The notes under the pieces are model-generated. The model searched no databases and had not been told where the DNA came from. It saw only the letters and a program-made list of their open reading frames with translations. DNA of 64,000 nucleotides from an uncultured Chloroflexia bacterium (GTDB lineage: Bacteria; Chloroflexota; Limnocylindria; Limnocylindrales; CSP1-4): contig CAVRKB010000007.1 in NCBI GenBank assembly GCA_963721545.1, forward strand, positions 388,851-452,850, read 5' to 3'. Shown here in pieces: positions 30,724 to 40,860 of this stretch. The position numbers and the translations under genes are program-made. Each line of letters starts with the position of its first letter. Within the stretch, counting starts at the first letter, position 1.

Positions 30724-33095
30724 GTGGCGACGCGCCGCCGCTCGACGGCCCGCAAGACTCCCGCTCCTCGCCCGTCACGCGCCAAGCGCTCGAATGCCCT
30801 TGGCATGCGCCTCACGCCCGACGTCGTGCGCTCGATCATCGGGCTGACGCTGCTCGTGCTCGGGGCGATGACGCTGATCGCCCTGATGCTCTCCGGTGAG
30901 GGCGCCCTGACCCGCTGGTGGACCGGCGTCTTCGCACCGTGGTTCGGGATCGATGCGCTGGCTCCTGCCGTTCTTCCTCCTGCTCGGGGGCTGGTGGCTC
31001 GAATGGGGTCCTGGCACCCGGCCGGGATCGGGCTGGGGCATCACGCTCCTCGGCCTGGCGATCACGTACGTCGGGATCATCGGCGCGGCGCAGGTGGTGG
31101 CCACCTCGATCGGCGTGTCGCCGGCGACCGGCGGGCGCATCGGTCGGGCGCTGGCGAACCTGCTGACCGACCTCGTGACGCCGGCCGGAGCGTTCGTCCT
31201 GCTGGTCGGCGTCGCCGTGCTCGGCGTGATCGTCGGGTTCGGCATCCCGTTGCGCCAGCTGCTCCACCCGGCGGTCGGGACGGCGCGCTGGTTCGGCGCC
31301 ACCGCGGCCGCCTCGATGCGCCGCCTGCCGACCGATGAGGACGAGGCCGCAACCGCCGCCGCCGCGGCCGCGGCCTTGACCGCCACGAACGGCAAGGCCC
31401 GGACCAACGGCAAGCCGGTCGCGCCGGCGCCGTCGCCCGGGCAGACCGGCGCGTGGGGCGAGAACGAGGAGCTGGTCATCCCGGCGGCGGTCCCGAGCAA
31501 GGGCCAGACCTCGAACACGTTCGCCCCGCCGCGGGGCACGGGCGCCGCCTCGGCCACGCTGGTCGCACCGGTCCGCCCGGTGCGCGACCCCGACGACGTG
31601 ACCGACGCCGGCGACTCGCCGCTGACCAAGGACCGGATCGAGTACACGCTGCCGCCGATCGAGACCCTCGAGGACGTCGCGATCCCGCTCCACGCCGGCG
31701 GCGACGAGGCGGTCCACGCGCGCAACGAGGAGATCATCGTCAAGAAGCTGGCCGGGTTCGGGATCCCGGCCCGGATCGTCGGGCGGAACGCCGGTCCGGT
31801 GGTCACCCAGTACGAGGTCAACCCGGCCCCGGACATCAAGCTCAGCCGGATCGAGGCGCTGTCGGACGACCTGGCGATGGCGCTGGCGGCCCACTCGCTC
31901 CGGATCGAGGCGCCGATCGCGGGCAAGAGCGCGGTCGGCATCGAGGTCCCGAACAAGGACTTCAACGCCGTGCCGCTGCGGCGCGTCCTCGAAGAGGTCG
32001 AGTTCACGCCGTCGGAGTCGAAGCTCACCTTCGCCCTGGGCCGGGACGTCGCCGGCGTCGCCAAGGCCGTCGACCTGGCCAAGATGCCGCACCTGCTGAT
32101 CGCCGGGGCGACCGGTTCGGGCAAGAGCGTGATGGTCAACGCGGTCATCACCAGCCTGCTCTGCCGGGCGACCCCGCACGACGTGCGGATGATCCTGATG
32201 GACCTCAAGCGGGTCGAGCTCGCCGCCTACAACGGGCTGCCGCACCTGCTCGTCCCGGTCATCACCGAGCCCGAGCGCGCCAAGGCCGCGCTCAAGTGGG
32301 CGGTCAACGAGATGGAGGCGCGCTACCGGCGGCTGGCCGGCGCCACGCGCCCGCAACATCCGCGCGTTCAACGAGACGCGGGCCGACCCCGAGGACCGGA
32401 TGCCCTACATCGTGGTCATCATCGACGAGCTCGCCGACCTGATGATGCGCGAGGGCAAGAACGTCGAGGACCCGATCGTCCGGCTCGCCCAGAAGGCGCG
32501 CGCGACCGGGATCCACATGGTCCTCGCCACGCAGCGGCCGTCGGTCAACGTCGTGACCGGGCTGATCAAGGCCAACTTCCCGAGCCGGATCGCGTTCGCG
32601 ATGGCCTCCCAGATCGACTCGCGGACGATCCTCGACGCGCCCGGGCGCCGAGGACCTGATCGGTCGCGGCGACATGCTCTACCAGCCGTCCGACCTGCCC
32701 CGCCCGATGCGCCTGCAGGGCGTGTTCGTGTCCGACGCGGAGATCGCCCGGGTGGTCGACCACTGGAAGGGCCAGATCGAGGATCCGCATGTACGACATG
32801 GCGATCATCGACACCGGCGACGAGTCGACCGGCTCCGTCGACGACCTCGCCGACGAGGACGCCGATCGATTGTTGCCGGATGCCATCGAGGTCATTCGGG
32901 AGTACGATCGTGCCTCGGCGTCGCTCCTCCAGCGCCGTCTCAAGGTCGGCTACGCGCGGGCAGCCCGGATGATCGACCAGCTGGAGGCACGGGGCTACAT
33001 CGGGGCGTTCGACGGGTCGAACGCCCGGCCGGTCCTCCGCCGCGACGAGGCGGCGGGATCGGGCGGTCTGGACGACCTCGAGGGAAGACGGATGA
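30724..33095 (+). CDS. ftsK: DNA translocase FtsK (frame breaks near 30952, 32350, 32646, 32788; 3' end approximate)
   Basis: N-terminal TM segments, Walker [12 protein letters not shown], Walker [29 protein letters not shown] and gamma-domain w[29 protein letters not shown]. As sequenced the last frame has no stop. A TGA at 33093 in another frame would form ATGA with the next start. Confidence 0.9.
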
Positions 33096-34465
33096 CGACG
33101 CGAGAGCAGCTCAAGCGCGCGGTCCGGGTCGACCGGTCCGAGGCCGAGCGAAACGCGGGCGCCGATCCCGGCACCGAGCCTGCCCGAGCGGCTGTACGCC
33201 GCCCGCGAGCGCAAGGGCGTCGACCTCTATCGCGCCGAGCGCGACACGAAGATCCGCGCGCGCTACCTCGGGGCGCTCGAGCGCGGCGACTACAAGGAGC
33301 TGCCCGGCGCCGTCTACACCAAGGGGTTCCTGCGCAACTACGCGCTGTACCTCGGGCTCGATCCCGAGGAGGTGCTGCTCCAGTGGCGGCGCGAGCGCGG
33401 CGACGGCAAGGAGGCCGCGCCCGCGATCGTCGTGCCCAAGCCGATCGCGGCGCCGCGCCAGGGACTGACCTTCTCGCCGAGCATCGTCGTCGCGGCCCTG
33501 CTGACGATCGTGGTCATCGCCTTCGGCGCCTACCTCGGCGTCCAGGTGCTGCGCTTCACCAAGCCGCCGACCATCGCGGTCACCCAGCCGGCGACCGCGG
33601 TCATCGACGTCGACGACTCGACCACCCGCTACACCCTGGCCGGGACGACCCTGCCGGGCGCCACCGTGTCGATCGCGACGCCGGGCCGCGACCCGTACCA
33701 GATCACCGCCCGCTCCGACGGCAAGTGGTCGGCCGACGTCGACCTGCGTCGCGGGCGGAACCAGTTCGACGTGAACGCCGCTGGACCCGGAGACCGGCAA
33801 GCATTCCGAGGACACGGTCCGCGTGTTCATCACCGTGCCGTTCCTGCAGATCGAGGCACCGACCCTGACCGTCGACCAGCCGTCCGACGGCGCGTCCTTC
33901 GAGAACGGTGCGATCCCGGTCGCCGGCAAGGCCACGAACGCCGCGTCGGTCGTGGTCAGCGCGGCCTGGGTCGGCTCGTCCGGACCGGCGCCCGCCGCGG
34001 GCAAGCCGACGCCCGCCCCGCCGCCGACGCCGGCCTCGGTGACGGTCAAGGTGGGCGACGACGGGGCGTTCAGCACGCCCTACGAGCTGACGGCCGGCCG
34101 CTGGACGCTGACCGTCACGGCGAGCAGCCCGGAAGGCAAGACCGCCTCGCTGACGCGCAACGTGACCGTCGCGTACAAGGGCGTCAACGTGGTCGTGACC
34201 GTCAAGGCCGGCGCGCGAGCCTGGATCAAGGTCTGGGTCGACGGCAAGATCGATCCCGGCGTCGGACCGGCCGGCCAGGTGATCTCCAACGGGAAGTCGC
34301 TGTCGTTCACCGGCAGGGAGTCGATCGAGGTGCGCTCGGGCTCGTCCGGCGTGACGTACGTTCACGCTCAACGGGACGTCGCTGGGGACGCTCGGCAAAT
34401 CTGGGGTGCCCGAGACCTGGCTGTTCGAGCCGCCGGCGCCGCCCGAAAAGACGCAGCGGCGGTAG
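33092..34465 (+). CDS. RodZ-like protein: HTH, TM, Ig-like region and DUF4115 (frame breaks near 33175, 33783, 34360)
   Basis: LPERLYAARERKGVDLYRAERDTKIRARYLGALERGDYKELPGAVYTKGFLRNYALYLGLD is followed by the TM segment IVVAALLTIVVIAFGAYLGV. Beta-rich segments follow, then the C-terminal VVVTVKAGARAWIKVWVDGK...SLSFTGRESIEVRSGSSGVTYFTLNG..LG.LG.SGVPETWLF. Confidence 0.75.
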
Positions 34466-34468
34466 GCC

Positions 34469-35012
34469 GTGGCGGACGATCCGCTGGCCGACGTCGCCAC
34501 CCTGGCCGACCTTGCGATCCGGCTCGGCGAGCGCTGCACCGAGCGTGGCCTGCACGTCACGACGGTCGAGTCGTGCACCGGCGGGCTGGTCGAGCCACCT
34601 CATCACCGAGGTCCCCGGGTCGAGCGCCTACTTCGTCGGCGGGTTCGTGACCTACTCGGACCAGCTCAAGTTCGAGGTGGTCGGCGTGCCGCATGACGTG
34701 CTCGCGGCGCATGGCGCGGTGTCCGCGCAGGTCGCGATGGCGATGGCCAGCGGCGGCCGTCAGCGGACCGGCGCCGAGCTGGCCGTCGCGGTGACCGGGA
34801 TCGCCGGGCCGGACGGCGGCAGCCCGGCCAAGCCCGTCGGCCTGACCTACGTGGCGGTCGCCGACGGCGTCGGGGTGGCCGTCCGTCGGCACGTCTGGAG
34901 CGGTGACCGGAGCGACAACAAGCGGCGCAGCGCCGAGGCGGCGCTGGAGCTCCTGCTCGAACGGATCGACGCCGCCGATGCGTCGTCCGGGGTCGCGACG
35001 GAGCGCGGGTGA
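34469..35012 (+). CDS. CinA C-terminal domain / nicotinamide-nucleotide amidohydrolase PncC type (one +1 break near 34595)
   Basis: GTG 34469. ...LHVTTVESCTGGL, then in the next frame ...ITEVPGSSAYFVGGFVTYSDQLK...AVSAQVAMAMA......AVAVTGIAGPDGG...KPVGLTYVAV. Confidence 0.8.
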
Positions 35013-36571
35013 CGTCCGCCGCGGACCGCGTCGGTGCCGGGCTGGCGACGGCCCGCGAGGCCCGCCCGATCCGCCAGCTCGAGCGGATCCACGTCGTCGG
35101 CGCGGCCGGTGCCGGGGCGAGCGCCGCGGCCCTGCTGGCGGCCGGAGCCGGGGCGCTGGTCAGCGGCTGCGACCCGGGCGGGCCGTCGCCGTACACGCCG
35201 GCCCTCGAGGCCGCTCGGCATCGAGGTCGCGCCCGAGCATGCCGCCGAGCACGTGACCGGCGGCCGGCGCCCGGATCGGCTGGCGGTGACCAAGGCGCTG
35301 ACCGCGATCGACCCCGACAACCCCGAGCTCCTGGCGGCACGCGCGGCCGGCGTGCCGGTCGAGCCGTGGCAGCAGGTCGTCGCCGACGCCGCCGTCGGGC
35401 GGACGCTCGTCGGCGTAGCCGGGACGCACGGCAAGAGCACGACGGCCGGCTGGCTGGTCCACACCCTCGTCGCGGCCGGCGCCGACCCGTCGGCCTTCGT
35501 CGGGGCGCTGCTGCCGGGCGACGCTGACCGGCGGCCCGCCGGCGACCGCGCGGATCGGGTCGGGTCCGGCGTTCGTCGTCGAGGCCGACGAATACGCCGG
35601 CAACTTCGATGCCTACCGGCCCGAGTCGCGATCCTGACCAGCGCGGAGTGGGATCACCCCGACGTGTTCGCCGATCGCGCCGCCGTCGCCGACGCGTTCG
35701 AGGCCTGGCTCGGCCGGCTGCCCGACGGGGCCACGCATCGTCGCCAACGTCGGCGACCCCGGGGTCGAGGACGTCGTCGACCGGCTGCGCGGGCGGGCGC
35801 TGCGCATCGTCGCCTACGCGATCGTGGACGTGGAGCCCGGCCGCGGCGGGTACCTGCGCGGGATCGCGCGATCGGTTCGCTTCGGCCGCGGGGCCGGCCA
35901 CGGCGTTGCTCGGCCGGATCGCGGCGGCCGAGCCGGACGGCGACGACGCTCGTGGTCTACGGGCTCGATGAGCTGGCCGGAGCGGTCACCGTGCGGCTGG
36001 CGACGGCCGGACGGCACAACGCCGCGAACGCGCTGGCCGTTGCCGGCGCGCGCCGCCTCGCTTGGGCTCGCGCCCGCATCGATCGCGGACGGGCTGGCGG
36101 GGTTCGCCGGCGTCGGCCGCCGGCTGGAGCGGAAGGGCGAGGCGGCCGGGGTCACGGTGTACGACGACTACGGCCATCACCCGACGGCGATCCGCGAGAC
36201 GCTCGCCGCGATCCGCCAGCGCGAGCCGGGCCGGCGCGTGTGGGCCGTCTACGAGCCGCTGACCTACCACCGGACGGCGGCCATGCTCGACGCGTTCGCC
36301 GATGCCCTGGCCGGCGCCGACGCGGTGGCGATCGCCGACATCTGGGCCGGGTCGCGACCCGGACACGACGATCACCTCGGCGGCCGCCCTGGCCGAGGCC
36401 GTGGCGACCCGACGGCGCGACATCCCGGTCCTCGCCCCGGGCAGCGTCGAGGCGACCGCGGACGCGCTCGCCGCGGCCGTCCGACCCGGCGACGCCGTCC
36501 TGGTGATGGGCGGCGGCCGGTCGTACCTGATCGGGGAGCGCCTGCTCGAACAGCTGGAGGTGAGCCGATGA
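35009..36571 (+). CDS. murC: Mur ligase, UDP-N-acetylmuramate--L-alanine ligase (MurC) family (8 frame breaks as sequenced)
   Basis: Pieces in rotating frames: IHVVGAAGAGASAAALL, LGIEVAPEH..., VGVAGTHGKSTTAGWL, FVVEADEYAGNFD, VAILTSAEWDHPDVF, IVANVGDPGVEDVV, TLVVYGLDE...AGRHNAANALA, GVGRRLERKGE..GVTVYDDYGHHPTAIRETL, VMGGGRSYLIGE. Breaks lie near 35215, 35517, 35623, 35735, 35868, 35943, 36055 and 36350. MurC versus Mpl cannot be decided by eye. Confidence 0.8.
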
Positions 36572-36951
36572 TCGACTACGCGCGTGGCGGCGACCTGCTG
36601 GAGGCGTACGGCGCGGCCCGGGCGTCGTTCGACGGCGACGCCTGGGTGGCGCTGTTCACCGAGGATGCCGAGTACCATGAGGACCCGTTCGGCGCACCGC
36701 ACGTCGGTCACAACGCCCTGCGGTCGTTCCTGCTCGATGCGGCGAACCGGCAACGCGACGTCGACTTCACGGTGGAACGGCACTGGGTCTCCGGTTCGAC
36801 GGTGCTGGCCGCGTGGCACGCCTCGTGGAAACGGCGATCGGACGGGAGTGTCGAGCGCATCGCCGGGTTCCTGACCGCGGACCTGGCGGACGACGGGCGC
36901 ATCAGCCGCCTGCACGAGTGGTGGATGGCCGCTCCGACGACGGCGGGGTAG
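36568..36951 (+). CDS. SnoaL-like / NTF2-fold protein
   Basis: 127 aa from ATG 36568 (ATGA overlap with the murC stop): ...FDGDAWVALFTEDAEYHEDPFG....G..ALRSFL...........FTVERHWVSGSTVLAAWHASW. Confidence 0.6.
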   Translation: MIDYARGGDLLEAYGAARASFDGDAWVALFTEDAEYHEDPFGAPHVGHNALRSFLLDAANRQRDVDFTVERHWVSGSTVLAAWHASWKRRSDGSVERIAGFLTADLADDGRISRLHEWWMAAPTTAG

Positions 36952-36966
36952 GGGACAGGAGGATCG

Positions 36967-37459
36967 ATGGCGGGAGACCAGTCATTCGACGTCGTCAGCG
37001 ACTTCGACGAGCAGGAGCTGCGCAACGCGCTCGACCAGGTCCGGCGCGAGGTCGGCACCCGGTTCGACTTCAAGGGCGTGACCGTCGACCTGACGCAGGT
37101 CGAAGGACGAGCTGATCCTGATCACCGACGACGAGTACCGCGCGTCGGCCGTCAAGGACCTCATCGAATCGAAGGCCATCCGGCGCAGCCTGTCGCTCAA
37201 GATCTTCGACTGGGGCAAGGTCGAGGAGGCCGGCGGCAACAAGGTCCGCCAGCGGATCGGGCTGCGCCGCGGCCTGTCGGAGGAGATCGCCAAGAAGATC
37301 ACCAAGCTGATCCGGGACGAGTTCCCGAAGGTCAAGTCGCAGATCCAGGGTGACGCCGTCCGCGTGTCCGGCAAGAGCCGAGACGACCTCCAGCGCGTCA
37401 TCGCCCGGCTGCGCGAGCTCGATCTGGCCGTACCGCTCCAGTTCGAGAACTACCGCTGA
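36967..37459 (+). CDS. YajQ-family (UPF0234) nucleotide-binding protein (one +1 break near 37096)
   Basis: [34 protein letters not shown] is followed, in the next frame, by [50 protein letters not shown]...[21 protein letters not shown]. Confidence 0.85.
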
Positions 37460-37500
37460 TCCTCGCCCGCGAGGGCACCGACCGAAGGAGCACAGTCGTC

Positions 37501-39552
37501 ATGACCGAGCTCAATTCCGCGCCTCCCGACGATCCCGTTCCCGACACGATCGATCCCGTGGCCGAGTCCGAGGCGGAGCCGGAGCCCGATCAGGGCGTGA
37601 CCGGGGCCACTGAGCCTCAAGCCGCGAACGGAACGGAGCCGGCACCCGAGCCCGAAGCGACCGAGGCCGAGCTGCCGAGCCCGAGACCGCCGAGCCCGAG
37701 GCCGCGGCCGAGCCCGAGACCGCCGAGCCCGAGAGCGAGCCCGAGCCCGACGTCCTCGACGAGACGGCCACTGAGCCCGAGGCGACCCTCGATACCTCAC
37801 CCGAAACGAGCCCCGCGCCCGACGTGTCCGAACCGACGACGGAGGTCGTGCCCGACGCGCTGACCGAAGCGGACCTCGCGCCGGTCGCCGCCGACGGACC
37901 TCGCACGGTCGGCCGGTTCGTCGCGGACGCGCTCCGCGCCGCCGGCGTTCGCTACGCCTTCACCGTCCCCGGCGAGTCATTCCTCGGCCTGCTCGACGCG
38001 TTCGAGGGCGCGGGCATCCGGGTGGTCGCGACCCGCCACGAGGGCGCCGCCGCGTTCATGGCCGAAGCCCACGGTCAGCTCACCGGCCGACCGGCGGTCT
38101 GCCTCGGGACGCGTGCCGTGGGCGGGGCCAACCTGGCCATCGGGATCCACACGGCGCGCCAGGATTCGGCGCCGATGTTCGCCGTCGTCGGCCAGGTCGA
38201 GCGCGCCGTCCGCGGCCGCGAGGCCTTCCAGGAGGTCGACCAGGTCGCCACGCTCGGCGGGCTGGCCAAGTGGGCGGCCGAACCCGCGACGGCCGAGGCC
38301 GTGGGCGAAGCGGTCAGCGAGGCGATTCGCCAGGCACTCGGCGGCCGGCCCGGGCCCGTCCTGCTCTCGCTCGCCGAGGACCTCCTCGACGAGCCCGTCC
38401 CGGACGACGCGAAGCTCGAGGGCACCCGTCCGCCCACGGCGCGCGCGAGCGACGACGAGGTGCGCACGATCATCGAGTTCCTCGCCTCGGCCCGCCGGCC
38501 GGTCATCCTGGCTGGGGCGGGCGTGCTGCGCGCCAGGACGTCGACCGAGCTGACCCGCTTCGCCGAGCTCCTCCAGGTGCCGGTCATCGCCGCCTGGCGG
38601 CGTCCCGACGTCGTGTCCAACGAGCATCCGCTCTACCTCGGGATGGCCGGGTTCGGCGCGGCAGCGTCGGTCCGCGAGCGGCTCGACGGGGCCGATGCGC
38701 TGCTGGTCATCGGGTCGCGGCTGAGCGAGCCGACGACCTTCGGCTACGAGGTGCCGCGCGCCGGGCTGCCGTGGGCGCAGATCGACCTCGAGCCCGGCGA
38801 TCACGCCGGATCGCCGCCGCCGACGCATGTCGTCACGGCCGACGCCAAGGCGTTCCTCAAGGCGGCCAACGAGCGGCTGGTCGGTCGGGCCGTCCTCGAC
38901 GCGGAACGGGTCGCCACCCGCCAGGCGAACAATCGCGACGACCGGGCGGCCTGGGAAGCGGCCGTCGATCGTCGACGCGACGCCGTGGGACGGACCCGGC
39001 GTCCACCCGGGACGCACGGTCGCGACGCTCCGGAAGGTCCTGCCCGACGACGCGATCCTGACCACCGACGCCGGCAACTTCGCCAGCTGGGCCGGGCGCG
39101 GCTTCCGCTTCCGCCGGCCGGGGACGTTCCTCGGCCCCACCTCGGGGGCGATGGGCTACGGGCTGCCCGCGGCGATCGCCGCGGCGCTCGTCCACCGCGA
39201 CCGGCCGGTCGTGGCGCTCGTCGGCGACGGCGGGCTGGCGATGTCGATGGCCGAGCTGGAGACGGCGGTCCGCGTCGGCGCGCGCGTCGTCGTCGTGGTC
39301 TTCGACAACGAGCGCTTCGGGACGATCCGGATGTGGCAGGAGCGGCGCGGCACGGGGATCGGGGTCGCGACCGAGCTCGGTCCGGTCGACTTCGCGGCGA
39401 TCGCCCGGGCGTGCGGCGCTCGCGGGGCGCGCGTCGACCGCGACGTCGAGTTCGAGCCGGCCCTGCGCGCGGCTCTCGCCGCCGATCGGAGCACGGTCAT
39501 CCAGCTCGCGCTCGACAAGGCCTGGCTGTCGATCGACCAGCCGCCCGGCTGA
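37501..39552 (+). CDS. Thiamine-diphosphate enzyme of the acetolactate synthase-like family with an acidic Pro/Glu-rich N-terminal extension (breaks near 37674 and 38965)
   Basis: Core from about 37900: GRFVADALRAAGVRYAFTVPGESFLGLLDA...ATRHEGAAAFMAEAHGQLTG. C-terminal TPP motif GDGGLAMSMAELETAVRVGARVVVVVFDN. Upstream, an in-phase AEPETAEPE low-complexity region links back to ATG 37501. Whether translation starts at 37501 or 37824 is uncertain. Confidence 0.75.
37674..37733 (+). repeat. Two copies of a 27-bp unit GCCGAGCCCGAGACCGCCGAGCCCGAG (33-bp period), coding AEPETAEPE
   Basis: Read directly: 37674-37700 and 37707-37733 are identical and separated by GCCGCG. Confidence 0.8.
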
Positions 39553-39890
39553 TGCGCCCGACGTTCCACCTCGTGCCGGCCGCGGTGTGGGCCGCGACCG
39601 ATCGAGCAGGGCCCTACGAAGCGTCGTCGCTGGCGAGCGAGGGCTTCATCCACTGCACGGACGGACTCGACGAGCTCGGGGCGACGTTCGACCGCCACTA
39701 CGCCTCGGATCCGCGGCCGTTCCTGGCCCTGACGCTGGACCTCGACGCGCTCGACGTCCCGTGGCGGTTCGACGATCCGGGCTCGCCGTACCCGCACATC
39801 TACGGCCCGGTCGCGCCCGCCGCCATCCTCGAGGTCGCTCGCGTCGAGCGAGCCGCGGACGGGCGGTTCGCCGGGCTGCAGCCGGCCTGA
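39552..39890 (+). CDS. DUF952 family protein
   Basis: MRPTFHLVPAAVWA......Y...SL..EGFIHCT...............FLALTLD...L......D...PG...YPHIYGP.. pattern. The start overlaps the TPP gene stop (TGATG). Confidence 0.7.
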   Translation: MRPTFHLVPAAVWAATDRAGPYEASSLASEGFIHCTDGLDELGATFDRHYASDPRPFLALTLDLDALDVPWRFDDPGSPYPHIYGPVAPAAILEVARVERAADGRFAGLQPA

Positions 39891-39930
39891 GGACGACCAG
39901 CGGTCCTGCCCTGCGGGGCGGCCGGACCGC

Positions 39931-40818
39931 TCAGGAGCGCCGCCCGACGACCGAGAACGACAGCGGGACCCGGCCGCGGTCCTCGGCACGCACGTCGTCG
40001 TGGCCGCCCCACCAGTCGACCGGGTGCTCGGCGACGGCCTCGAGCCGCAGGTCGGCGCGCAGCAGCGCGGTCACGACCTCGCCGAGCGTCCACGCCCGGG
40101 CGAACTTCCAGCTCTGCTCGGGCTCGGCGATCGACAGCCGGTCGATGTACTCGGGCGCCCAGCCCTTCGACGCCTCGGCGCCGCCGAAATAGTCGTAGTC
40201 GGTGGCGATCCAGCGGCCGTCGGCGTCGGCATCGAACAGCCACTCGACCGGATGCCCTTCGAACAGGACGAACCGGCCGCCCGGCGCCAGCAGCCGGGCG
40301 ATGACCGCGGCCCAGGCGTCGAGGTCGTGCAGCCAGATGATCGAGCCACGGCCGGTGTAGACGAGGTCGGCGGTCCCGTCGAGCTCGTGCGGCGTGGCGA
40401 GGACGTCGGCCTCGATCCAGCGCGCCGGTGCGCCGGTCGCCTCGGTCAGTCGTCGCGCGAGGGCCAGCATGCGCGGGCTGAAGTCGACGCCGATCACCTC
40501 GTCGGCACCCTGGTTCCACAGCGAAAGCGTGTCGCGACCGCCGGCGCACTGGAGGTGGATCGCCCGGCGGCAGCGCCCGTGGAGGTCGCCGATCAGCTCG
40601 GTCTCGACCCCGAACAGGTTCGTCCCGCCGGAGCGGATCAGCGCGACCGCCTCGTCGAACCACGCCTCGTACCGCTCGGCTGCCTCGTCCCAGGCGGCCC
40701 GATTGGCGTCGTGCATCCCGGCCACGTCGGCGAGCTCGGCGTCGGTCGGCCGGCGGACGAGCCGCTCATCGTCATCCATCGCCGGAGCGTACTGCGCAAA
40801 TAACTGTTGCGTAGTCAA
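39931..40818 (-). CDS. Class I SAM-dependent methyltransferase
   Basis: Intact 295-aa ORF. Motif I-like AIHLQCAGGRDTL, ...VIGVDFSPRML and ...ADLVYTGRGSIIWL. The start may be the internal ATG at 40779. Confidence 0.7.
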   Translation of the reverse strand: MTTQQLFAQYAPAMDDDERLVRRPTDAELADVAGMHDANRAAWDEAAERYEAWFDEAVALIRSGGTNLFGVETELIGDLHGRCRRAIHLQCAGGRDTLSLWNQGADEVIGVDFSPRMLALARRLTEATGAPARWIEADVLATPHELDGTADLVYTGRGSIIWLHDLDAWAAVIARLLAPGGRFVLFEGHPVEWLFDADADGRWIATDYDYFGGAEASKGWAPEYIDRLSIAEPEQSWKFARAWTLGEVVTALLRADLRLEAVAEHPVDWWGGHDDVRAEDRGRVPLSFSVVGRRS

Positions 40819-40826
40819 CGATCTTG

Positions 40827-40835
40827 CGGTAGGCT
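40827..40835 (+). promoter_or_regulatory. -10-like box CGGTAGGCT upstream of pirin
   Basis: Identical 9-mer to 2586. GAAGGAG lies 9 nt downstream, then ATG 40861. Confidence 0.35.
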
Positions 40836-40860
40836 GCGTGCGAGAAGGAGCCTGCCACCC

